A stretch of DNA of 26,875 nucleotides from a virus (taxonomy: Duplodnaviria; Caudoviricetes). Where the stretch lies: positions 1-26,875 of the IMG/VR virus record IMGVR_UViG_3300033513_000042; one strand, written 5' to 3'. Both the position numbers and the translations under genes were made by a program. Below the pieces are notes generated by a model, which worked only from the letters and a program-made list of their open reading frames with translations, had not been told where the DNA came from and made no database searches. Below, piece by piece: positions 1-9,286 of this stretch; position 1 is the stretch's first letter; every line of letters begins with the position of its first letter.

Positions 1-18
1 CCATATCGCCCCCTAACG

Positions 19-46
19 AAAAACCGGGGCCACTAAGGGGCCCCGC
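19..46 (-). terminator. Rho-independent terminator after the capsid gene cluster
   Basis: Minus strand reads CGGGGCC-ccttagt-GGCCCCG followed by GTTTTT, just after the stop of 61..390. Confidence 0.7.
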
Positions 47-60
47 TTCCAAGTTCCGGC

Positions 61-390
61 TTACTTGCCGATATTGCGCGGGCTCGGCATCCACCCGTCG
101 CCAGGGTACGATTCAGCCGTCAGCTTACGCATGGGCATCTCGTTAATCTCTGCGAGCGCTTGGTTGTCAATCTCCATGCCGGGCGGCATGAAGTTAAACT
201 TCGCTGCCTCGCCGTACGGAGTGCCCTTTTTGTCGATGTACCCTGATGTCTGGAACCCAGACTGCTCGCCAATATCATTGTGCAAGCCGCCAAGACCAGA
301 AACACCAGGCGTCACCATAGTCATGGGACTGCCGAAGGGCTCCGGTGCCACTCCGCGCATCTGACCCTTATCAACTGCTCCTTTAGCCAT
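61..390 (-). CDS. Hypothetical protein, probably virion or head-associated
   Basis: ATG with AAGGAG RBS; co-directional and directly downstream of the capsid genes. Confidence 0.75.
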   Translation of the reverse strand: MAKGAVDKGQMRGVAPEPFGSPMTMVTPGVSGLGGLHNDIGEQSGFQTSGYIDKKGTPYGEAAKFNFMPPGMEIDNQALAEINEMPMRKLTAESYPGDGWMPSPRNIGK

Positions 391-400
391 GATTATCTCC

Positions 401-799
401 TTAGACAGTCGGGTTAGCCGACGGTTGAACCACGTACTCGATCATGCCGACATAGGTGCCGGTAGCATCAGTACCCTTCTGCACGTAGAAAGAGTCGCCC
501 TGAGACAGGGAGACCTGACTGGTAGCAGCCGTGGGCGTGATGCTGGTGCCGGTGGTGGCACCAGAACCGAACGTGCCGTAGGCCGTGGTGGTGGTCGTAG
601 TACCGCTGATACTTACGACATTGACCACGTCCGCCGACGTGTTCGCCGTGGTGGGTTTCAGTGTGACTGCCTTGATCTTCATATCAAGGAACGCCGCGAA
701 CTTGGTACTTGTACCCGCGTTACCGTTGATCTGCCCAGTGGGGAGACCTTGAACGGTAAGGTACGTCGGGTTGTCGTACGCCAATTGCTTCTGAGACAT
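401..799 (-). CDS. Putative capsid decoration/cement protein
   Basis: 132 aa, Thr/Gly/Ser-rich and beta-like, AAGGAG RBS, immediately after the MCP. Function inferred from position only. Confidence 0.55.
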   Translation of the reverse strand: MSQKQLAYDNPTYLTVQGLPTGQINGNAGTSTKFAAFLDMKIKAVTLKPTTANTSADVVNVVSISGTTTTTTAYGTFGSGATTGTSITPTAATSQVSLSQGDSFYVQKGTDATGTYVGMIEYVVQPSANPTV

Positions 800-826
800 G
801 ATTTAACTCCTTTGTTCAGTGTACGA

Positions 827-1798
827 TTAGGCTTGGCTATCCCACTTCACAATACGGGCATTTGCAGCCAGCGTGTGAACGATGCCAAAGCCGCCCAGGT
901 AGTACCACGCGACGCCCTTGCTGCGGCCGTAGTCCGACGGAATCTTACCGCGCATTTCTTCAGGCACCGCGATGGCCTCCGCCACAGTGTCGTTACCGAA
1001 GAAGAAGATCCAGTCCGACTTGGCGTTAGTCCACGTAGTCTGGGTGATGCCGTCAGTGCCAGTGCCCTTGGCGATGTTGGTCTGCTCGACGTAGCGGACG
1101 TTCTCGTAGCGCCCAATTTCGCCGTTCATGATCAACTTGAAGCCGGTGTCACTGTACTGGTGAATGGTCTCAAGATTGTTCTTGAAGCCACGCAGGGTGG
1201 TCGGCCATGCCAGAGCGTAGTAGTCGTCGCCCAGATAGGCAGGGATGTTGCGCTCCTTCATCGCATCAACAATGGACTTGGCGTGAGCATTGCTGTATGC
1301 GATGTTGTTGGTGCCCGTTACCGTACCGTTGGTGTACAGAGTGACAGCAGCCGTGTCAGTACCGCCGGTGGGGATTGCACGCAACACAGTTTGGTTGAAC
1401 TGAGTCCAAGCCAGACGGTCGAAAGTCTTCACTGCGTCGTTCTTCAGCACCTTCTGAATCAGTTCCATAACCGGGAACTTGGACAGGTTGTCCAACTTAC
1501 CAGAATACGGCACACTGTTGCCAGCTTCAGTGATAGTCAGGGTGCCCTGAGTAATCGTGAAGTTGGTTTCAGGCATGGTGTTGGTTTCCGTCAGCACGCC
1601 ACCGGGGGTGACCACGTCCGAAAACACGTCCCAGGTGAAGAGGTCGCCCTTCTTCTTGCCTTGTTGGCTGGCGTCGCGAACGTCAGCGAACTGACGGAAC
1701 TTCACCAGCGGTTGCACTGCCATACGCAGCACGTTGGAAAGTTGGCGGCTGTACATGAAGCCACCGAGCGAATTAACCGCCCACACTTGTCCTGCCAT
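827..1798 (-). CDS. Major capsid protein (HK97 fold, N4-gp56-like family)
   Basis: 323 aa; motifs KFRQFAD, EAGNSVPYSGKL, GEIGRYENVRYVE, DYGRSKGVAWY; strong codon bias; follows the scaffold gene. Confidence 0.85.
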   Translation of the reverse strand: MAGQVWAVNSLGGFMYSRQLSNVLRMAVQPLVKFRQFADVRDASQQGKKKGDLFTWDVFSDVVTPGGVLTETNTMPETNFTITQGTLTITEAGNSVPYSGKLDNLSKFPVMELIQKVLKNDAVKTFDRLAWTQFNQTVLRAIPTGGTDTAAVTLYTNGTVTGTNNIAYSNAHAKSIVDAMKERNIPAYLGDDYYALAWPTTLRGFKNNLETIHQYSDTGFKLIMNGEIGRYENVRYVEQTNIAKGTGTDGITQTTWTNAKSDWIFFFGNDTVAEAIAVPEEMRGKIPSDYGRSKGVAWYYLGGFGIVHTLAANARIVKWDSQA

Positions 1799-1815
1799 TT
1801 TGCTCTCTCCTTACG

Positions 1816-2856
1816 TTAGTTGCGCATCCACTGCGGACCACCACGGCTCTTTGCCATGTTGGCTATCACATTGGATGGGCTTTCATCACTATCATCATCC
1901 TCACGCGGCGCAGGCTTGGCCTTGGCGGATGCCGCAGCGGGAGCCTTCGGCGCAGAGGCCTTACGTTCCTCCTTAGATTGCTCTCCCTCACCACCCTGTT
2001 GACTTACAACAGACTTGACAATGGATGCTTTCCAAGTTCGGATCTCTTCACCAATCGCAGCGTAGCGTTCACCATAGGGTCGGGCATCTCCAGCCTTCAG
2101 CAAATCAGCATCCCTGCGGAATGCCAAATCTTTCAAGACTGGATCAGTCCAGATATCCTGGTAGTCAACACTAAACTTGTCGATAGCGGTGTTGAATGCA
2201 AGGCGTTCGTCGATAGTGCGGCTAACGTCGTCCCTGTTAAGGGATGGACGAGCACTACTTGCCTGCTCACGAATCTTACGAATCGCTGCAGCAGCCTCCT
2301 CTTCAGTGCCCATTTGTATTGCGCGGACAAGGCGCAAGTCCTCCTCTTCCTGTTGGCGTCGGAGTTCTTCCGGAGTGGGGCCTTTCGGCTCCTCCTCGGT
2401 TTTCGTAGTCTGCTTTTTGGCTTCTGCAGCCTCTCGCAGATACTCGTCCGCAGCTTCAACCTTCTGAGCGCGGGCGATCAATTCTTCTTCAGTTAGTTCA
2501 ATCTCACGGCCATTGACCTTGAGCTTGAACTTCTTTGTTTCTTCGTGCGCTGTATCATCTTTCTTCTCAGCGCCTTCATCACCTTCAGGCTTCTCATCAC
2601 CTTCAGGCTTCTCAACCTTGAATGGCTCCGTAGTATCGTCATCATTGACGTGTGCAAGCTCCTCAGCGCGATTTTCATCGTTGCCGTCTGCTATCTGATT
2701 GAGCATGGCAATCCTAGCATCATTGCCAGTGCCAACAGCCTCATTGCCAGCACCAGCACCAGCACCAGCGTCAGAGGCACCCCCACCGCCATCTTCCACA
2801 ATGTGGGGCATGCCGATGTACAGGCCAGCCAGCAGACTTTTCAAGAGCTTACTCAT
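1816..2856 (-). CDS. Capsid scaffolding protein
   Basis: Acidic and charged helical protein with KLKVNGREIELTEEEL motif, between portal and MCP. Exact start uncertain (2856 vs 2859). Confidence 0.75.
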   Translation of the reverse strand: MSKLLKSLLAGLYIGMPHIVEDGGGGASDAGAGAGAGNEAVGTGNDARIAMLNQIADGNDENRAEELAHVNDDDTTEPFKVEKPEGDEKPEGDEGAEKKDDTAHEETKKFKLKVNGREIELTEEELIARAQKVEAADEYLREAAEAKKQTTKTEEEPKGPTPEELRRQQEEEDLRLVRAIQMGTEEEAAAAIRKIREQASSARPSLNRDDVSRTIDERLAFNTAIDKFSVDYQDIWTDPVLKDLAFRRDADLLKAGDARPYGERYAAIGEEIRTWKASIVKSVVSQQGGEGEQSKEERKASAPKAPAAASAKAKPAPREDDDSDESPSNVIANMAKSRGGPQWMRN

Positions 2857-3154
2857 CACTACGTTCCTCTTCTAAGATTTGAAGTGCAGTCAATCCATTC
2901 TTCACGGCCTGATCAATCCACAATTCAACATGCTCCCCTATCCAAACCTTGTTCTGGGCATTCAGAACTGCACGGTAATCCGTGGCGTCTACAGACTTCA
3001 GTTCCTCAATGCCCGCATTATAGTACTCATTTGCCCTGGCTTGCAAGTATTGCCCTACACGGCTACCCCAAAAAAGTTCTACTTCCTTACCAAGAGCTGC
3101 ATACTGCAGCAAATCATCCCCGGTAACATCAGATTCACTCGGTACTTGATCCAC
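2849..3154 (-). CDS. Small hypothetical protein between portal and scaffold
   Basis: 101 aa ORF overlapping both neighbours, in a position typical of podovirus head modules. Confidence 0.7.
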   Translation of the reverse strand: MDQVPSESDVTGDDLLQYAALGKEVELFWGSRVGQYLQARANEYYNAGIEELKSVDATDYRAVLNAQNKVWIGEHVELWIDQAVKNGLTALQILEEERSDE

Positions 3155-5081
3155 GCTTGTCTCCTTGTTGTGCCTGCCTTGTGCTCAGTGCGGTCCAGTG
3201 AGTAGCGATAGCACGCTTATTCTCGTTGTGCTCCTGCAGTACCGCAATATTCTCTTTACTCTTGTTGGTTTCCCTGGTTTTCTGCAGGCTTATAACCTGA
3301 GATGACATCTTCTCTTTGAGCTTACCCTGCAGTTGCTGAACCATAACCATAGCTTGACGAAGCTGCATCTGCAGTTGCGTGACTTGTGGGTTGTCAGTGG
3401 TAAAGAATCTACTGCCATCTTGATACCCAAGATGACCAAATATTTCTTTCCCCACCTCGACGAGATTAAGCCCCGGCGTAGGATTCTTAGCCATGTTGCT
3501 GTACATGGTCATGCCAGTGAGGAACTTATTAAGTTTCTGCATCGGGTCCGTGGCGCCCATGCCCACGCTCACACTCAATGTGATTTCTTGTCTGAGTAAC
3601 TCATCGGTAACCTCATCAATGCCAAACCGCTGATATAGCTGCGCCTGCTTAGCTGCCAAGCCCAGCACCACGCGGTCAGTCTCGTACTCCTGTTCCAACA
3701 ACACAAGCTGGCGCAGCACTGGCTGTACCCAAGTCTCTACGAATGTACGAATCAAGTACTCTACCAGCGTTCCGTTACTCTGGTTAAGCATTGTCATATT
3801 GCGGGCGGGCGCGTTACTGGCACCGGCCATCATAATTGCAGCGGGATTGAAGTTACCAAGCAGCTCATCGGTCAGCATATCAATTCCCTGCTGCTCCATG
3901 TAGGCACTCTGCGTAACGTCAGGCCATGTTATTTCTCGTACATCGTTTACGGGGTCATTCATCATCACCACGCCACCGGGCACGTTGCGCACAAGACCAG
4001 ATAAGTCAACCTCAGCGCCACGTTTGGCGAACCACTTCTTGTTCAACGCAAACTTCACATTGTCAATGCGCTGGTTTGCTATCTCATTAACCTCATCCGC
4101 AAGGCCACGGGCCAGTGTGGGCACGCTGCTAGGGGCGGTCTTATGCGTCTCTATGACGCATGAGCCTATCACATACGGGCGCTTGCCATGGAACACTACC
4201 TGCTCCAACGGAACTGGGTCCGTTAGCATGGCGTAGTCCCCAAGGGTGTAAAAGTGCCAATCACGCCCATCACGCCTGTGAATGTGGCGCTGTACCCACG
4301 CAATGTCGTAGTCGTCTAACGCACGATTATCTGAAGACTGCGGATCTTCCTTGTTCACATTCCGTGCAATGCGCGTACTGTCCGGCGCACCGGCAGTGGC
4401 GCGACTCACCGGGTGATCAATCCACTCACCGCTGGCCATCTTCGCCTTGACATCCATGGCGTACATGGGGATGAGTTCAATGAGGTACGGGCTGGTTTCG
4501 GCGATGTTGTGCCACTTGGCGCTAGGATCCCAGCGCATATTTTCTATAGGTATTAGCTCAATGCACGGCTTATCAATACCATGCTCATCGTCATACTCCC
4601 AGTACTGGTGGCTGCACACCAGTCCAGTTGTCTGAGCGTCCTGGATGCCGCCGAGTACCGTCAAAAACCAAGGGATGCTCTTAGCTAGTCGATACTGAAT
4701 GAGACGCTTCATCACCTCAGCACTGGCAAGTTGCGCCTTGTCTGTTTGATCGGACGCGGTAGTGCTGACCGTCTCCATATTGGAGAAAAATGCTGCAGCA
4801 GCGGCTGCTTCATTCTTGCGAATGATAGCTCTGATCTTGGGGCGGTACAGCTTACTTCGCTTATCGTACGCAGGCTGGTTGTACTTGCTATCGCTGGGGT
4901 GCTGGTTGTTAAATGCGCGTATCGCATCCTCCAACTGTTTGCGCAGATTACTGTCGAAGTACGCAGTGCTAGTGCGGAATGCACTGCGGGCACGGGCCAG
5001 CCAATTGTCCTCTCCGCCCTGTTCTGACGGGTCCTCGGTCTGTGCAGTGGGTGGGCGATTGCGATTATCAGGCTGCATCAT
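3135..5081 (-). CDS. Portal protein (P22/N4-like)
   Basis: 648 aa; LYRPKIRAII, NEIANQRIDNV and NVPGGVVMM segments; Gln-rich C-terminal coiled coil; between TerL and scaffold. Confidence 0.85.
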   Translation of the reverse strand: MMQPDNRNRPPTAQTEDPSEQGGEDNWLARARSAFRTSTAYFDSNLRKQLEDAIRAFNNQHPSDSKYNQPAYDKRSKLYRPKIRAIIRKNEAAAAAAFFSNMETVSTTASDQTDKAQLASAEVMKRLIQYRLAKSIPWFLTVLGGIQDAQTTGLVCSHQYWEYDDEHGIDKPCIELIPIENMRWDPSAKWHNIAETSPYLIELIPMYAMDVKAKMASGEWIDHPVSRATAGAPDSTRIARNVNKEDPQSSDNRALDDYDIAWVQRHIHRRDGRDWHFYTLGDYAMLTDPVPLEQVVFHGKRPYVIGSCVIETHKTAPSSVPTLARGLADEVNEIANQRIDNVKFALNKKWFAKRGAEVDLSGLVRNVPGGVVMMNDPVNDVREITWPDVTQSAYMEQQGIDMLTDELLGNFNPAAIMMAGASNAPARNMTMLNQSNGTLVEYLIRTFVETWVQPVLRQLVLLEQEYETDRVVLGLAAKQAQLYQRFGIDEVTDELLRQEITLSVSVGMGATDPMQKLNKFLTGMTMYSNMAKNPTPGLNLVEVGKEIFGHLGYQDGSRFFTTDNPQVTQLQMQLRQAMVMVQQLQGKLKEKMSSQVISLQKTRETNKSKENIAVLQEHNENKRAIATHWTALSTRQAQQGDKRGSSTE

Positions 5082-5431
5082 TTCTCCCAGACTTGTTTCT
5101 CATGCTCGGGATGGGTCTCACCCATGTTGCGCTTGACCTGCACTGCTCTATCGTCGTAGAGCGCCTGCATGCGATGGTCCTTCACGTTCGTAATCTGCAG
5201 CACCTCGCCCAGGTGCTCCTTCATCCAACGACGGATGGCGGGGTGCGGCTTGCGTGCGGTGAACAGCCGTACATCTCTACCCTCTTGCCGCCAACGCCGT
5301 ACCCTCTTCACCATCTCATCCACGGGGGCACCCACGTGATCGTCTCCACGGTAATGGTCATAGTGGGCCAGCGTACCGTCCAGGTCTACGCCAATCCATC
5401 CATTGCCCTGCTTACGTGGGTCAGTAGCCAC
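5078..5431 (-). CDS. HAD-superfamily phosphatase (PNK 3'-phosphatase-like)
   Basis: HAD motif I IGVDLDGTL, motif II FTAR, Lys of motif III (TNVK), motif IV YDDR; ATGA overlap with the portal start. Confidence 0.8.
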   Translation of the reverse strand: MATDPRKQGNGWIGVDLDGTLAHYDHYRGDDHVGAPVDEMVKRVRRWRQEGRDVRLFTARKPHPAIRRWMKEHLGEVLQITNVKDHRMQALYDDRAVQVKRNMGETHPEHEKQVWEK

Positions 5432-5437
5432 TACACG

Positions 5438-5788
5438 TCACCCCTTGTCCACCAGCGTTAGCATTTCCCCATTCCACGCCCCACGGGGTACGCCACAGCG
5501 CTCCAGCAGCTCGCCCCCACCCATCACCACGGCGTGCTCAAGCTCACTGGTGGTGGCGGCGCGTGCGGCGTCCACCGTATAGCCGTATCTGCCATCGTCG
5601 ATAGACATCAACTTAATCACCAACGTCATGCCCGGTGCCCAGCCCACCATCCATAGGTGATTGGGGTAGTGCAGTGTCAGCTTCTGCGCTGCTAGCTTAG
5701 CTATCAACTCCATCTGGCTGTTCTCAGCATCAGGCGTGGAGTCCACTGTCTGAATGTCTGCAGTCGAGTCCGTGATCAGATCACTCAT
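5438..5788 (-). CDS. Hypothetical protein
   Basis: ATG with AGGAG RBS, in operon; HYPNHLWMV...GGELLERCGVPRG segment. Confidence 0.75.
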   Translation of the reverse strand: MSDLITDSTADIQTVDSTPDAENSQMELIAKLAAQKLTLHYPNHLWMVGWAPGMTLVIKLMSIDDGRYGYTVDAARAATTSELEHAVVMGGGELLERCGVPRGAWNGEMLTLVDKG

Positions 5789-5803
5789 CTTGTCTCCTAA
5801 TTA

Positions 5804-6013
5804 TCAGGGTGGGGTGCGGCTCGGTGTGCCAAGCGTGCCGGTGTAGATGCCTGTCTGCCCCCGGTCAGTGCTGTCGAACTTGCGGTTGTTGCTGAACTCG
5901 TAGACGCCGTGGTCAGGCGCGTTGAATTCACTGCCCCATGCTCGCATGGCAAGGTCCAGAATATTTGTCTCACGGGTGGAGACCTTGTACCCAAGGTTAT
6001 TCAGGTTCGTCAT
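5804..6013 (-). CDS. Hypothetical protein, possibly leaderless
   Basis: ATG at 6013 lies about 7 nt after a TATAGT -10 box; YEFSNNRKFDS segment. Confidence 0.6.
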   Translation of the reverse strand: MTNLNNLGYKVSTRETNILDLAMRAWGSEFNAPDHGVYEFSNNRKFDSTDRGQTGIYTGTLGTPSRTPP

Positions 6014-6020
6014 GGACCGC

Positions 6021-6049
6021 ACTATAGCACGCCCCGGCGTGGCGTGCAA
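6021..6049 (-). promoter_or_regulatory. Sigma70-like promoter re-initiating the head operon after the endonuclease gene
   Basis: TTGCAC-17 nt-TATAGT with TGn extension. Confidence 0.6.
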
Positions 6050-6052
6050 GTA

Positions 6053-6631
6053 TTATAGCAATGATACTGGGCGTCCATTCCGAAGCGCCCCCGCCAGAGA
6101 CTTTGCCGATGCTATCTTTCCACGCTCGTATATTGACTTTTCTCTACCAATTTGTGATACTCGCTGCCTCTCATGACCTTCCGGCGTCCTCTTGTTGCCT
6201 TTGGCTCTGGTATTGCCAAGCATAATTGTTCTTAGTTTCTCTAGCCCCTCTGGCGTGTGCTTGCATCCAGTAGCACGAGAATTTCCAACTAAGTCTGCAG
6301 ATCGCTGTGCTCTTTGCTCTGCTGTCCACTTGAGGCCCGCAGACCCATCACCACCATCTGTCATGTTGTAGCCATGCGGCACCTTAGTATTGAGGTGTTT
6401 AATGTGCGCTCTCTCCATTGCGCAAAGTTCAGACCAGTCATCTGACTGTACCAGTTCTGTTATTACCACATTCTCTGCGTCGTACTTGGCAATCGCGTTC
6501 CCAACCACTTTGGTGCTGCCGTGCCGTACGGATTCTTCAATGTGACCTACAAAGCGCTCAGCAGCAGTGCGCGAAGTAATGCCAACGTAGAGCTTACCAT
6601 TAGGAAATGTCAGCGTGTATAAACAGCCCAT
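6053..6631 (-). mobile_element. Free-standing GIY-YIG homing endonuclease with NUMOD3-like repeats
   Basis: CLYTLTFPNGKLYVGIT (GIY-YIG), R..H, ERAHIK...GYN.TDGGDG, then repeated HTPE/RTPE-type NUMOD3 motifs. Confidence 0.85.
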
Positions 6632-6682
6632 GCGCAATTATTACACATACACCGGACCACCACAAGCCTGTATTTACCTGCC

Positions 6683-9286
6683 TCACACGAAGTCTGGCTC
6701 TAGGTAAGTTGGTTCTTGGAAGTTCGGAGCTCTCGGCTCAAGGTCATAGATGCGGGACACGGCGTCCACTAAGTCCTTCATCCCCCCGAATGGGAAGAAG
6801 TGTATCTGCATCTTCAGCTCAGCACTGAGGTCGTAGATCTGATTATTCTCGTCCTTACGCTTGATGGGCTGAGCAATTCGGTAGTTGTACCCGGTGTTCA
6901 CCATGTTGCGCTGTTGCTTGGTGTACGCCTTGGGGTCGGTGTCGTAGGGCAGAAACAGACGGTGCGCCCGCAGGTCAGGCCCCAGGCGCTGCACGCGGTC
7001 CACCTTACTGCCCTCACTGTCACGAGGCCACATCAACTCCTCAATTATGAAGTGCCCACCCTGATTCGGCGCGGCCATCTGTTCCTTAAAATAGTCCAGA
7101 TCGGCCTGAGCGCCGAATGCTTCGTACCCCACCTTAATGTTCTGCACACCGGGGGCTCGCTTCCAGCGGTGGTACATCTGCGCAGTGCGCACCCAGCGCT
7201 CTCGCAGGTCCATCTTGTGGTTGAATCCATCCAGCAGATACTTGTTCATGGCATAGTCCACACCAATGACTGCGATGGCTGTCTTGGCGCTGCCCTTCTT
7301 CTTGCTACGGGCGGGGTCAACCATGATGTAGACGTTCAGTGTCTCTGGGCGAATCTCGTACGTCTGCAGGTCCTCAACGTTAAACATCCGCTGCTGGCCA
7401 GCCAGCGGATTCTGCAGCATCTGGCAGGATATGGTGGCCTCGCCTTGATCACGCACCTTGCGCGCCCACACATCCGGTGGCATCAGCACGGGGGAGCCTG
7501 TGATGGTTCCATCGTCAGTGGCGGGGTACAGCCGCACCTTCACCGCGCCGCGCTTAATCATCGCCTCGTAAGTGTCAGCGTAGGAGTATCTAGTGCCGAC
7601 GTGCCACTTCACGCCACTCACGGCGCCGAGGTTATCGCTCAGCTCCCAGGCCTCAGTGGTCTTCGCTATCTGCTCAGGAGTGGACACTGATTCCTTAGTA
7701 ACCACGTCGTCGTACAGCAAAAGTCCAAAGTGCCTGGACGTAGGCTGGCCGTCCACCAGCCCGTGGGCCTCAATGGTGGCCTCCCTGCTGTTAGATGTGC
7801 GCCGCACGGTTATGCCGTTATCCAAGCTCCAGCTCGGTGCCTCGCGCTCTGGGTTCTCCCAGAATATATCTGGGAACAGGGCGCGCAGGTCCTCATTATT
7901 CTCAAACTCCCGCTGTATCTGTCGCAGAAACGCTTTAGCGATCGGCTTTGTGTGGCTGAATATCCCGATCGTCACGTTCGGATCCTGCAGTACGCGCTGG
8001 ATACTACCTGCATATGTTATCACCGTGCTGTTGTGAGTTGTGACGCACTGCGTTCCACAAAGATATAATCCGTCACTCGCAGCAACCTGTATGCAGGACA
8101 CCGGTACTGTGCCCACACGCGTCACACCCCATACCCTGCGGTTGGCGCTACCCTGCCGTGTGCCGGTCTTGCATCGGGATAGCTTACGCGGTAGATAAAA
8201 TGGTGCATCAGCCGTGTACCCTTGAAATGTAACATAGAATACTAGGTCATCTTCAGGGCCAAACTTATTCAGCGCTGGCTTAAGGCCCAGCGTACAGGCC
8301 AACTTGAATACATCATACGCTAGGGCGGCGCACTTATTAACAAACACGCACGTTCCTCTGTCGTTGCAGGTGCCATCTGTGTCCATAAGCCCCTGCAATA
8401 ACGCCCGACGTTGCTCGATACTGCCCAGCATATACTCACGTGGAATGCGCTTATTATGTAGTAGCCCCATGTCCCGTAGCAGAGCAGACAGCCCATATAC
8501 TGTCGCGTTCTTACAGCGAGCAGTGTCATTAAGTGGTGTGTGCGTGTACCCATCTGCACGAATACGCTCGTAAATCTCAACGTCTCCGCATGTAATTCTA
8601 CCCGATGCGTTAGCACCATCACCAAGCCAAGCGCCCAGCGTGTACGGTGCTATGGGCAGCATAGCCGGTACTGTGTACACTGCTGGAGCTACAGGTATTC
8701 TAGCATCACCCTGCCAGAGCATAAGCTCTTTGGTGTCTACAGTCACCGTTCTCCAACCCCGGCGCTTATTGGTTCCAGGCACTCTACGTCTATCTGGTAT
8801 CTGCACGGTCCAAAGATGCTGCGCACTACATACTATACGAGTGCCATCGTCAAAATCTACAGCGTAGCACTCTGCGTCTGTAAACACCTCTGTACAGGCT
8901 ACAACCTGCGTAGGATTACCATCTGCGCCAAATACCCAGTCACCTGGGCGTAGCTCTCCGTGCAGCCTATACCCCGTAGGCGTAAGCACTGGGGTGTCTA
9001 GTGCCAGAGCCTTGAAGTGCTCGCGTGCCCACAGGTCCAGATATCCGTCGGGGTCCTGCTCCACCTCGCGGCAGCGGGCGTACACCCACGGGTGCACTGC
9101 GTACGTGGCGTGCAGCGTGCGGGTTAGGAGGTAGTACCTGTCGTGCTGGCTGAGCCAGCGCTTGCCGCTGGCGCCAAACTGCTGCTCAATGGCCTGCCAC
9201 AGCAGCGCCACCTTGCTGAATGGCGCGGCCATCAGTTGCTGCTTGATGCTATCAGGCAGGTTGATCTGTTGCGGCTGGAGTGACAT
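6683..9286 (-). CDS. terL: Terminase large subunit containing an intein
   Basis: Walker A WAREHFK|ST split by the intein, Walker B LLLYDD, RNase H-like nuclease motifs IMVDPA and KDLVDAVS; about 540 aa after splicing. Confidence 0.92.
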   Translation of the reverse strand: MSLQPQQINLPDSIKQQLMAAPFSKVALLWQAIEQQFGASGKRWLSQHDRYYLLTRTLHATYAVHPWVYARCREVEQDPDGYLDLWAREHFKALALDTPVLTPTGYRLHGELRPGDWVFGADGNPTQVVACTEVFTDAECYAVDFDDGTRIVCSAQHLWTVQIPDRRRVPGTNKRRGWRTVTVDTKELMLWQGDARIPVAPAVYTVPAMLPIAPYTLGAWLGDGANASGRITCGDVEIYERIRADGYTHTPLNDTARCKNATVYGLSALLRDMGLLHNKRIPREYMLGSIEQRRALLQGLMDTDGTCNDRGTCVFVNKCAALAYDVFKLACTLGLKPALNKFGPEDDLVFYVTFQGYTADAPFYLPRKLSRCKTGTRQGSANRRVWGVTRVGTVPVSCIQVAASDGLYLCGTQCVTTHNSTVITYAGSIQRVLQDPNVTIGIFSHTKPIAKAFLRQIQREFENNEDLRALFPDIFWENPEREAPSWSLDNGITVRRTSNSREATIEAHGLVDGQPTSRHFGLLLYDDVVTKESVSTPEQIAKTTEAWELSDNLGAVSGVKWHVGTRYSYADTYEAMIKRGAVKVRLYPATDDGTITGSPVLMPPDVWARKVRDQGEATISCQMLQNPLAGQQRMFNVEDLQTYEIRPETLNVYIMVDPARSKKKGSAKTAIAVIGVDYAMNKYLLDGFNHKMDLRERWVRTAQMYHRWKRAPGVQNIKVGYEAFGAQADLDYFKEQMAAPNQGGHFIIEELMWPRDSEGSKVDRVQRLGPDLRAHRLFLPYDTDPKAYTKQQRNMVNTGYNYRIAQPIKRKDENNQIYDLSAELKMQIHFFPFGGMKDLVDAVSRIYDLEPRAPNFQEPTYLEPDFV
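8030..9010 (-). mobile_element. 327-aa LAGLIDADG intein, Ala1 / class-3-type
   Basis: Starts ALALDTPVLTPTG, block B AQHLW, endonuclease blocks LGAWLGDG and LLQGLMDTDG, block F VSCIQV, ends TTHN followed by Ser+1. Confidence 0.9.

Noticed and set aside
389-1819. 476-aa plus-strand ORF opposite the capsid genes
   Set aside because: Antisense shadow of strongly codon-biased genes; no RBS or recognisable motifs
2577-2612. 18-bp tandem duplication in the scaffold gene (EKPEGD twice)
   Set aside because: Ordinary low-complexity linker expansion
6014-6682. Group I intron around the GIY-YIG gene
   Set aside because: terL ends with its own stop, flanks are only about 40-50 bp, and no intron core elements are visible
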